Shown: in pieces, positions 16,722-25,165 of the stretch | Layout of the letters: each line of letters starts with the position of its first letter | How positions within the stretch are numbered: the first letter of the stretch is position 1 | Origin: Thermoanaerobaculia bacterium | GTDB taxonomy: Bacteria; Acidobacteriota; Thermoanaerobaculia; Multivoradales; Multivoraceae | NCBI GenBank assembly: GCA_963666565.1 | Contig: OY762911.1 | Coordinates: 2,240,001-2,304,000 of the forward strand | Direction: 5' to 3' | DNA length: 64,000 bases | Notes under the pieces: generated by a model | Seen by the model: the letters and a program-made list of their open reading frames with translations, nothing else | The model's database searches: none | Told to the model about the DNA's origin: nothing | Translations under genes and position numbers: made by a program

Positions 16722-17738
16722 ATGCCCGAGAAACCGAAATCACCCAGTCAGCCGAGGCAGATCGCCCAGCCGCACGACGCCCTGTTCCGGCGCGTGTTCT
16801 CCGAGCCGGCGCAGGCTGCCGCGCTGTTGCGCGAGACCCTGCCCCCGGCTGTGCGGGACCGCTTCGCCTGGAACACGCTGAGACGCCTCCCCGACACCTT
16901 CGTCGACGAACGGCTCCGGCGGACCGAATCCGATCTCCTGTTCGAGGTCGACCGGCCGGGCGGCGAACCGCCGGCGCGGCTCTACGTGTTGATCGAGCAT
17001 CAGTCCTCGCCCGACCCGTTCATGGCGCTTCGTCTGCTGCGTTACTGCACGAGCATTCTGGAGGCGGCCGTCCGCGAGGCCCCGGAGCGGAAGCGGCTGC
17101 CGCCGGTTCTTCCCGTGGTGTTCCACCAGGGGCGGCGTCCCTGGCCGTATCGGGCGTCTCTTGACGGGCTCTTGGGGGAGTCGGCGCGGGAGTTGCCATG
17201 GGGTCCCCGGCTCGACTTCCTGCTGCTGGACCAGGGCGCCGGCGGGCCGTCCGCGGTGGCGGGCTCGCCTCTGGGTCGGCTGGCCCAGTATCTGATGCTC
17301 GCCGTCTCGGGGCCGGAGTCCGAGCGGTCGGCGGCTCTTGAGCGGGCGGTGGAGTTGATGCGAGACTTGTGGTCGGCCGATAGGCCGGAGGACATCGAGG
17401 CCATCTACACGTACGTGTTCCACGGAAGGGAGGACCCGGCCATGATGAAGGAGGTCGAAGCGATGCTGGAGGAGATCGAGGCCAGGGGTCCGGACAGTGA
17501 GTTGAAGAGCTTGGGCCAGTTGATCTGGGAGAGAGGCCAGAGAAGAGGCCGGGCGGAAGGCCGTGCGGAGGGCCGCTCCGAAGCCGTTCGGCTCGGCGAA
17601 CGTCGCGCCACGGTTGCGACGGTGGAGGGCTTCCTGCGGGCCGGCGTGGACTGGCCGGTGATCGAGTCGGCGACCGGCCTCGACCGGGGCGGCTTCGACG
17701 CGCTCAAGGAGAAGCTGGGCCCCGAACGGCCCGGATAG
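16722..17738 (+). CDS. Rpn-family PD-(D/E)XK nuclease, copy 2
   Basis: Near-identical to 10807-11832 except for a divergent segment at roughly aa 220-270; ATG 16722. Confidence 0.92.
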   Translation: MPEKPKSPSQPRQIAQPHDALFRRVFSEPAQAAALLRETLPPAVRDRFAWNTLRRLPDTFVDERLRRTESDLLFEVDRPGGEPPARLYVLIEHQSSPDPFMALRLLRYCTSILEAAVREAPERKRLPPVLPVVFHQGRRPWPYRASLDGLLGESARELPWGPRLDFLLLDQGAGGPSAVAGSPLGRLAQYLMLAVSGPESERSAALERAVELMRDLWSADRPEDIEAIYTYVFHGREDPAMMKEVEAMLEEIEARGPDSELKSLGQLIWERGQRRGRAEGRAEGRSEAVRLGERRATVATVEGFLRAGVDWPVIESATGLDRGGFDALKEKLGPERPG

Positions 17739-17745
17739 GCGGCCC

Positions 17746-18638
17746 ATGCTCACGGCACCCGTTACAGACGTAGCCGCCTTTCAGATTCTGGGCCCCAGGA
17801 AGCGGCAGGAAGACGTAGCGCTTCATGTCCGTCTTGGCCGCGGGCGGCTTCTAGTCGTTGCCGACGGCATGGGCGGCGAGCCGACAGGAGACGTCGCGGC
17901 GATGTCCGCGGTCCTCGGATTCGAAAAGGGGTTTGGCGTGCCGCCGGACGAGGCGGAGAGGAACATGCCGTGGGCGGCGCGGTTCATGGACGGCCTGCGC
18001 GGTGCCCTCGACGCGATGAAGGAAGCGCTGGACAGCGGAGAGGGCAAGGACGGCATGGCGACTACGCTGGCCGCGGTATGGGTGGACCCGGACGGGATTC
18101 GCTGGCTGAGCGTCGGTGACTGCGGCATCTGGGAGATCCGCGGATACGGCGAGGATCCCCCGCTACGCCTCAACGCTCGACACGGCAAGGGCAACGACGT
18201 GAAATCAGCCCTGTTGGCCAGAGGTTCGGGCCCTTCCACGAGCGGTCGATAGAGGCCGAGTTCTGCGTCGCCGCGATCGATCTGCACCCCGGCCCCCGCT
18301 CCCTGAAATCGGGCGGGCTGTTGGTGGGAAGCGACGGGTTGGACGTTCTCGGAAGTCCCGACACGGTCGGCGGCTGGAAGGAGACGGCGCCGACGCCAGA
18401 TTGGGTTCGGCAGTCGACGGAGGAGGAGTACACGCAGGTACCGCGGGAATGGAAGCGGGCGTTTCGCGAGATGAACCCGCGGGAGCTTCTCTCCCGCATC
18501 GAGTCCGTGCTCACGGCGGGTGCCGCGGGAGACAACACGACCGCCATCGCGCTGCGAAACAGGCCTACCCGCGACGAACGGTATGTCCCGGTGTCCGATG
18601 TGCCGGAGCGCGAACCTCTGGGCGGCGACCCGACCTGA
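17746..18638 (+). pseudogene. PP2C-family Ser/Thr phosphatase with a frameshift near 18217 (pseudogene or sequencing error)
   Basis: RKRQED, LLVVADGMGG, ATTLAA, WLSVGDC in ORF 17746; LLVGSDGL and GDNTTAIAL in the frame of ORF 18321; one added base at TTGG(G)CCAG joins them. Confidence 0.8.
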
Positions 18639-18735
18639 AGCGCGGGCGCGTCGTCCACGGTGGCGGGTTCGCCTCCGGGACGCCTGGTCCAGCGGGGTAG
18701 AGTGCTCCCGTGAGAGAACGACAGGCTTCGGTCGG

Positions 18736-19749
18736 GTGACCGTGTTCGCCGAGAAGCCGCGAGGCGCAAGGCATGGCAGGGCCGCCAACGAAGCGAGTTC
18801 GCGCCTGACGAGCACTCGGGCAGCCATCGGGAGTGAACGACGCCTGCGCCTGGACGGGAACCGGGACTGGGTCATCCACGCCGACAACGCCGACGTGCTC
18901 CCCGCCCTTCCCGACGAGTTCTTTCGCCTGATCTACATCGACCCGCCCTTCAACACCGGCAAGGTCCAGCAGCGGAAGGAGATCTCGACTGTCCGCTCCC
19001 ACGAGGGTGACCGGGTCGGGTTCGGCGGCAGGCGGTACCGCACGGTCGAGCTTGGCACTACGTCCTATGAGGACGCTTTCGACGATTACCTCGAGTTCAT
19101 CGGGCCGCGTCTGGAGCAGGCTCGCCGGCTGCTGACTCTCGATGGCACGCTCTACCTGCACCTCGACCAGAGGGAAGCTCACTACTGCAAGGTGCTGCTC
19201 GACCGGATCTTCGGACGCGAGTGCTTCGTGAACGAGATCATCTGGGCCTACGACTACGGCGGGCGCTCGCGCCGCAGGTGGCCTGCCAAACACGACACGA
19301 TCCTCGTCTACGCCAGGGATCCCGAGCGCTACTTCTTCGACCAGGACGCGATCGAACGGATCCCGTACATGGCCCCCGGCCTCGTGTCGAAGGCCAAGGC
19401 CGAGCGCGGGAAGCTCCCCACGGACGTTTGGTGGCACACGATCGTGCCGACGAATGGCAAGGAGAAGACGGGCTACGCTTCCCAGAAACCGGAGGGCATC
19501 CTGCGAAGGATCCTGAGCGCGTCGTCGCAGGAGAGGAACTGGGTCCTCGACTTCTTCGCCGGATCAGGGACGGCGGCGGCTGTGGCACAGAAGATGGGCC
19601 GGCGCTTCGTGATGGTCGACAGGAACGACGAGGCCATTGCCGTCATGGCCGACCGTCTGGGGACGGCGGGCGTCAGATACGTGGACCGTCATTTCCGTCG
19701 CTTGACGGTCCAGGCGAATGACTCCGAACAGTTGGGCCTGTTGCCGTGA
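18736..19749 (+). CDS. N6-adenine/N4-cytosine DNA methyltransferase (beta class); start uncertain
   Basis: LIYIDPPFNTG (motif IV) precedes YASQKPEGILRRI...VLDFFAGSGT (motif I). Confidence 0.93.
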   Translation: MTVFAEKPRGARHGRAANEASSRLTSTRAAIGSERRLRLDGNRDWVIHADNADVLPALPDEFFRLIYIDPPFNTGKVQQRKEISTVRSHEGDRVGFGGRRYRTVELGTTSYEDAFDDYLEFIGPRLEQARRLLTLDGTLYLHLDQREAHYCKVLLDRIFGRECFVNEIIWAYDYGGRSRRRWPAKHDTILVYARDPERYFFDQDAIERIPYMAPGLVSKAKAERGKLPTDVWWHTIVPTNGKEKTGYASQKPEGILRRILSASSQERNWVLDFFAGSGTAAAVAQKMGRRFVMVDRNDEAIAVMADRLGTAGVRYVDRHFRRLTVQANDSEQLGLLP

Positions 19750-20303
19750 AAGAGCTCGTAGCGTCGATCACCGATCCGGAAGTGCGGGAACTGGCGCTGT
19801 ACGCGGGGCTGCTCCGGGACGAGTACGCGAAGGACGAACCGGACCCCTGGCGGGACAGCCCGTTCGGCTGGATCAAGAACCGCCCTTCCAGACAGGTCGG
19901 TGCCATCGGTGAGCGGTTGGTGGCTGCATGGTGCGCGGCGAAGGACTTCGACGTCGTGAAGTCGCCCGACTCGGAGGCCGACCGGCTCATCGAGGGCCAC
20001 CGAGTCGAGATCAAGTTCTCCACGCTATGGACGGGTGGCGGGTACAAGTTCCAGCAGATTCGCGATCAGAACTACGAGTACCTCTTCGCCTTGGGGATCT
20101 CCCCGTTCGACGCGCACGCCTGGGTGATTCCCAAGTACGTCCTGAAGCAGTACGTGATCGGTCACATGGGTCAACACACGGGCGCAACCGCGACCGACAC
20201 GTCATGGCTCTCGGTCAAGGTGGGCGAGGAACCTGAGTGGCTGGCGGAATGCGGAGGCTCGCTGGCGAAGGTCCGCGACCTCCTTGCTGCAATGGACCGC
20301 TGA
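19746..20303 (+). CDS. Putative type II restriction endonuclease (PD-(D/E)XK)
   Basis: GTGA overlap with the MTase stop; GAIGERLV...ADRLIEGHRVEIKFSTLW...FQQIRDQNYEY. Confidence 0.75.
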   Translation: MKELVASITDPEVRELALYAGLLRDEYAKDEPDPWRDSPFGWIKNRPSRQVGAIGERLVAAWCAAKDFDVVKSPDSEADRLIEGHRVEIKFSTLWTGGGYKFQQIRDQNYEYLFALGISPFDAHAWVIPKYVLKQYVIGHMGQHTGATATDTSWLSVKVGEEPEWLAECGGSLAKVRDLLAAMDR

Positions 20304-20332
20304 GAATGGCGGTGGACGCCCCCGGAAGCGCT

Positions 20333-20500
20333 CGAACCCTCGGCACGGCTCTACGTGCTGATCGAGCACCAGTCCTCGCCGTCCCGGGACTGGAGTCCCG
20401 AGCCGGCGTGGACTGGCGCGTGATCGAGTCGGCGACCGGCCTCGACCGGGGCGGCTTCGACGCGCTCAAGGAGAAACTGGCTTCGGACCGGCTCGGATAG
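20333..20500 (+). pseudogene. Internally deleted third Rpn copy
   Basis: ARLYVLIEHQSSP-coding segment joined almost directly to AGVDWRVIESATGLDRGGFDALKEKL...TAG, both matching the Rpn genes. Confidence 0.85.
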
Positions 20501-20566
20501 GCGGCGGGGACGCCGGGGCGACGGTCGAGAACGCGGCGGACCGTGGCAGAACCTGCGGAGTGGCGA

Positions 20567-20746
20567 TCACTGCATCGCTTCCGACTCATTCTCGATCAGC
20601 GCCTCGGTTTTTCCGCGGAAGTCGAAGTCCGGCACGATCACTTGCGGTTTGAACGTGATCCTGTGGTGATACGCGCTCACGTCTCCTGGACTGAGCTGCT
20701 CCGCGAAGTACGTGACGTTGTCCGACAGGCCGAGGAAGTGCTTGAG
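20567..20746 (-). pseudogene. C-terminal fragment of a small phage-type lipoprotein
   Basis: KHFLGLSDNVTYFAEQLSPGDVSAYHHRITFKPQVIVPDFDFR; no start codon; family recognised from memory. Confidence 0.55.
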
Positions 20747-20803
20747 ATGGAACGGTGTTTGGATCTGCCTCTGAATCGGACCGCTGGTGTAGGGGTTGCG
20801 CGG

Positions 20804-23800
20804 TCACCGGAAGTCGTGGCTCGGGATCCGCTCCAGGCGGTCGATGGGCCAGAACTTGTCTCCCTTGACGGACAGCGAACCGTCCTTCTTCTGCAGCACG
20901 CCTTCGACGATCAGGCCGGAGGAGGAGACGATCGTTCGCCGGTGTTTCTTGAGCTGGTCCGGCATGACGACCGCTTGGCTCATCCCCGTCTCGTCTTCCA
21001 GGGTCAGGAAGAGCAGGCCGCGGGCGGTGCCGGGGCGCTGGCGGACGATGACGGAACCGGCGGTGCGCACGCGGCGGCCGGCGGGCCGGTCGGGGAGCTT
21101 GGCGGCGGGGACGACGCGGCGGCGGTCGAGCGCGCGGCGGTAGTACTCCATCGGGTGCGGCCCGGTGGTCATCGAGGCGACCGCGAAATCGGCTGCGGTC
21201 TCTTCCATCGGCGTCATCTCGGCGAGCGGCGACGGGATGGCGGTCGAGAGACCGGCGAACAGCGGTCCCTTCGGCTTCTCGACCTGGGCCGCCTGCCACA
21301 GGGCCGCGCGCCGGCCGAGGCTTTCGCCCAGTCCGCCGAGTGCGCCGAGGGACGCCAGCGCCACGAGTTCGTTCCGGCGCAGGCGGCCGCGCTCGGCCAG
21401 ATCCTCGATGCTCGCGAACCGCCTCGCCGCCTGCTCGGCCTCGATCCGTTCCGCCGCTTCGCGCCGCAAGCCCTTGACGAAGCGCAGCCCGAGGCGGATC
21501 GCGCCCGCCGGGGGCGGCTCGCCCGGCCCTGGCGCCTCGCCGCCCGCGGCGTCGCCCGGCCCTGGCGCCTCGCCGCCCGCGGCGTCGCCCGGCCCTGGCG
21601 CCTCGCCGCCCGCGGCGTCGCCCGGCGAGAACCCTGGTGGCGCGAGCCGTGCCACCAGCGAACCACTCCGTGCGCCCGTCAGTCGGGCGCACGGATGGCA
21701 CGCCGGCGCACCCGGTTCGCCGGCGTCCTCCGGCCGGTCCTGCCAGCGGCACCTCACTCCTGACTCGTTCACGTCGATCGGCAGCACTGCGCTGCCCGCC
21801 CGCTGGGCCTCGCGGACCAGGGTCGCCGGGTGGTAGAAGCCCATCGGCCAGGCGTTCAGGAGCGACAGGAAGAAGGCGGTCGGGTGGTGGCGCTTGAGGT
21901 AGGCGCTGGCGTAGGCGATCAGGGCGAAGCTGGCGGAGTGCGACTCGGGGAAGCCGTAGAGCGCGAACGAGGTGATCGCCTTGACGATCTGTTCCTGGGC
22001 CTCGCCCGCGATGCCGCGTTCGTTCATCCCCGAGCGCAGCCGCTGCTCGATCTCGTGCATGCGCTCGACGGAGCGCTTGAAGCCCATCGCCCGTCGCAGG
22101 TCCTCCGCCTCGCCGCCGGAGAAACCGGCCGCGACCATGGCGACCTTCAGGATCTGCTCTTGGAAGATCGGCACGCCGAGGGTGCGGCGCAGGATCGGTT
22201 CGAGCAGCGGGTGGGGGTAGGAGACCTCCTCGCGGCCGACCCGGCGCTCGAAGAAGGGATGCGCGATGCCGCCGACGATCGGGCCGGGACGGATGATCGC
22301 GATCTGGATCACCAGGTCGTAGAACCTGTACGGCTTGTGGCGCGGCAGGGACGCCATCTGCGCCCGGCTCTCGATCTGGAAGACCCCGACCGTGTCGGCG
22401 CGGCAGATCATCTCGTAGGTCGCCGGGTCGTCGGGCGGCAGGTGGGCGAGGTCGATCTCCTTCTTCTCGTGGCGGCGGATCAGGGGCACCGCCTCTTCCA
22501 GCGCGTTCAGCATGCCGAGGCCGAGCAGGTCGACCTTGATCAGCCCCAGGTCGGCGCAGTCGTCCTTGTCCCACTGGACGATGACCCGGTTCTCCATCGC
22601 CGCCGGTTCGAGCGGCACGATCTCGTCGAGCCGCCCGGCGCAGAGCACCATGCCGCCCGAGTGCTGGCCCAGGTGGCGGGGATGGTTCTGGAGCTGCCGC
22701 CACAGGCGGACGAAGATCCGGATGCGCCGGTCGCGGGGGTCGAACCCGAGCTCGGTGAGCTCCTCGTCCATCTCCTTGCTGTCGCCGCGGGAGAGGTCGT
22801 AGTGCCAGTGGCCGAGCCCCTTGGCCAGCCGGTCGACCTGGGACTTGGAGCACCCCAGCGCCTTGGCCGCCTCGCGCGCGGCCATGCGGTCGCGGTAGGT
22901 GATCACGTTCGCGGTCATCGCCGCGCCGTGCCGGCCGTAACGCCGGTAGACGTACTGGATCACCTTCTCGCGCTGGTCGCCGGACGGCAGGTCGATGTCG
23001 ATGTCCGGCCATTCGCCCCGCTCCTCGGACAGGAAGCGCTCGAACAGCAGGTCCATCTTCACCGGATCGACCGCGGTGATCGAGAGCGCGTAGCAGACGG
23101 CGGAGTTGGCGGCCGAGCCGCGGCCCTGGGCGAGGATCCGCTGCTCCTTGCAGAAGCGGACGACGTCCCAGACGATCAGGAAGTAGCCGGCGAGGTCGAG
23201 CTTCTCGATCAGCGCGAGCTCCTTCTCGAGCTGCGCCCCGGCCTTGGCGGTCAGCAGCCGGAAGCGTTCCCGCGCTCCCTGCCAGGTCAGTTCGCGCAGG
23301 TGCGAGATCGGCGTCTCGCCCTCGGGAACCGGGTAGTCCGGGAAGCGGTAGCCGAGGTCGGCGAGGGTGAAGTCGAGCTCCACGGCCAGTTCGTGCGCGG
23401 CGTGGACGGCGCGGGGGAGATCGGCGAACAGGCGGTGCATCTCCTCCGGGCTCCTCAGGCGGCGCTGGCGCTCGCGGGCGAGGCGGGCGCCGGCGTCGTC
23501 GACCGTCACGTGGTGCCGGATCGCGGTCATCAGGTCGTGGAGGGGCTTGTCGCGGGCCGCGGCGTAGCGCACGCCGCCGGTGGCGACGACCGGCACCCGG
23601 AGCCTGTCCGCCAGCCGGACCAGGGCCTGGTTGCGGTGTTCCTCGGCGCGGATGCCGTGGCGCGAGAGTTCCACGTGCAGGCGGCCGGGGAAGACGGCGT
23701 ACAGGCGTTCGAGCTGGCGCCCGGCCGCTTCCAGCCCTTCCCGCGCCAGCGCCCGCCCGACCGGGTCGGTTTCGGCGCCGGCCAGGCAGTGGAGACCTTC

Positions 23801-24508
23801 CGCGTGCTCCTCGAGCAACGTCCAGTCGATCCGGGCCTCGCCCTTGGGATGGCTGAGCGCCCCCGCGGTCAGCAGGCGGCAGAGGTTGCGGTAGCCCTGC
23901 CGGCTCCGCACGAGCAGGTTGACGCGGGTCTCCCGGTCGTCCAGGGCGGGCCGCTCCTCGCGCCGGCGCGAGACGGACGACGCTTGCGGCCGGTCGATGA
24001 CCGCCTCGGCGCCGACCAGGGCCCGGATCCCCGCTTCCCGCGCCGCCTTGTAGAAGCGCGGCGCGCCGGAGACGCCGTTCCGGTCGACGAGGGCTACCGC
24101 CGGCAGCCCCAGCGCCGCCGCTCGCGCCACCAGATCCTCGGGCTGGGACGAGGCGCGCAGGAAGGAGAACGACGACGCCGCGTGGAGTTCGGCGTAGGGC
24201 GGGGGCCGAAGCCGGCGTTTCGGCGGAGTACGGAACCGTCGCCGTCGCAGTTGCTCCTTGACCGCGCCCGGCGCGGCGTAGCCGGGGTTCGGTTCACCCC
24301 GGGCGTCGAGCAGGCCGGCGCCGCCGCGGTCGCCGTAGCCGCTGCCCTTGCGCACGGAACCGGAGAGCCCCATGTTGCGGGCCGGCACGTCGACTTTGGG
24401 GTTTTGGACCTTGGGGTTCTGGACCTTGGGTTTGGGGGCCTCGGGGGTGGCAGGGCGGGTCCGGGAGCGGCTGTTGCGCCGATTCTTGACGGGGTCGTCT
24501 CCAGCCAT
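20804..24508 (-). CDS. dnaE2: Error-prone DNA polymerase III alpha subunit
   Basis: PHP domain YAELHAASSFSFL, GRGSAANSAVCYAL, PDIDID, FALYGFPESHSASFA, C-terminal SHDFR motif typical of DnaE2; start uncertain. Confidence 0.95.
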   Translation of the reverse strand: MAGDDPVKNRRNSRSRTRPATPEAPKPKVQNPKVQNPKVDVPARNMGLSGSVRKGSGYGDRGGAGLLDARGEPNPGYAAPGAVKEQLRRRRFRTPPKRRLRPPPYAELHAASSFSFLRASSQPEDLVARAAALGLPAVALVDRNGVSGAPRFYKAAREAGIRALVGAEAVIDRPQASSVSRRREERPALDDRETRVNLLVRSRQGYRNLCRLLTAGALSHPKGEARIDWTLLEEHAEGLHCLAGAETDPVGRALAREGLEAAGRQLERLYAVFPGRLHVELSRHGIRAEEHRNQALVRLADRLRVPVVATGGVRYAAARDKPLHDLMTAIRHHVTVDDAGARLARERQRRLRSPEEMHRLFADLPRAVHAAHELAVELDFTLADLGYRFPDYPVPEGETPISHLRELTWQGARERFRLLTAKAGAQLEKELALIEKLDLAGYFLIVWDVVRFCKEQRILAQGRGSAANSAVCYALSITAVDPVKMDLLFERFLSEERGEWPDIDIDLPSGDQREKVIQYVYRRYGRHGAAMTANVITYRDRMAAREAAKALGCSKSQVDRLAKGLGHWHYDLSRGDSKEMDEELTELGFDPRDRRIRIFVRLWRQLQNHPRHLGQHSGGMVLCAGRLDEIVPLEPAAMENRVIVQWDKDDCADLGLIKVDLLGLGMLNALEEAVPLIRRHEKKEIDLAHLPPDDPATYEMICRADTVGVFQIESRAQMASLPRHKPYRFYDLVIQIAIIRPGPIVGGIAHPFFERRVGREEVSYPHPLLEPILRRTLGVPIFQEQILKVAMVAAGFSGGEAEDLRRAMGFKRSVERMHEIEQRLRSGMNERGIAGEAQEQIVKAITSFALYGFPESHSASFALIAYASAYLKRHHPTAFFLSLLNAWPMGFYHPATLVREAQRAGSAVLPIDVNESGVRCRWQDRPEDAGEPGAPACHPCARLTGARSGSLVARLAPPGFSPGDAAGGEAPGPGDAAGGEAPGPGDAAGGEAPGPGEPPPAGAIRLGLRFVKGLRREAAERIEAEQAARRFASIEDLAERGRLRRNELVALASLGALGGLGESLGRRAALWQAAQVEKPKGPLFAGLSTAIPSPLAEMTPMEETAADFAVASMTTGPHPMEYYRRALDRRRVVPAAKLPDRPAGRRVRTAGSVIVRQRPGTARGLLFLTLEDETGMSQAVVMPDQLKKHRRTIVSSSGLIVEGVLQKKDGSLSVKGDKFWPIDRLERIPSHDFR
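21519..21626 (-). repeat. 33-bp in-frame tandem repeat (x3) inside dnaE2
   Basis: TCGCCCGGCCCTGGCGCCTCGCCGCCCGCGGCG x3, encoding GDAAGGEAPGP. Confidence 0.9.
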
Positions 24509-24734
24509 CCGTCAAGCGTAAACCGGGCGGTAACGGAAAGCAAGATCGCGGAGGCACGTTCGCCGTCGTCCTCGACGTCCACCGGCGTCAGGCCAAGGGC
24601 GCTCGGCGCCTTGCGCCGGTCCATCGCCGGCGCAACGGCACGCTCGCCGTGCTGTGGCAACATGGAAGGGTGAACCCGGCAAGCGGTTTCATCCATTCAA
24701 GCCGTCGAGCGACAGAGCAACAGGAGATTTGGAA

Positions 24735-25055
24735 GTGGCGAAGTATCTGATCGAGGCGAACTACACTCACAACGGCGTCCAGGGCCTGATCCGGGAAGGC
24801 GGCAGCGGTCGCCGGAAGGCGCTCAGCGAGACCGTGGAGGGCGCCGGCGGCACGCTGGAGGCCATCTACTACGCGTTCGGCGGCGCCGACCTCCTGATGA
24901 TCGTCGATCTTCCGGACAACGAGACCGCGGCCGCCGTTTCGTTGACCCTGAATGCCGGCGGCGGCATCCAGGTGACGACGCGCGCCCTGATGACGCCGGA
25001 AGAGATCGACGCCGCCGCGGCGAAGAGCGTGCCCTACCGCGCACCCGGCGTCTGA
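24735..25055 (+). CDS. GYD domain-containing protein
   Basis: AKYLIEANYT..GVQGLIREGGSGR...GGTLEAIYYAFGGADL; RBS AGGAG upstream of the GTG. Confidence 0.85.
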   Translation: MAKYLIEANYTHNGVQGLIREGGSGRRKALSETVEGAGGTLEAIYYAFGGADLLMIVDLPDNETAAAVSLTLNAGGGIQVTTRALMTPEEIDAAAAKSVPYRAPGV

Positions 25056-25071
25056 ACCCGAGCCGCCTGCT

Positions 25072-25113
25072 GGGTGCGCGGGTCCTCTGACCCGCTGCCG
25101 CCGAAGGCGGCCA
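25072..25113 (+). repeat. REP-like palindromic repeat
   Basis: GGGTGCGCGGGTCCTCTGACCCGCTGCCGCCGAAGGCGGCCA between convergent genes. Confidence 0.75.
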
Positions 25114-25165
25114 CAAAGACGCGCCGGCCGTCAGGCCGTCGCCGCATCTGGCGATGCCGCGGCGG

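Noticed and set aside
20804-20806. Selenocysteine readthrough of the dnaE2 TGA
   Set aside because: DnaE2 ends at its typical SHDFR motif and no SECIS-like hairpin follows.
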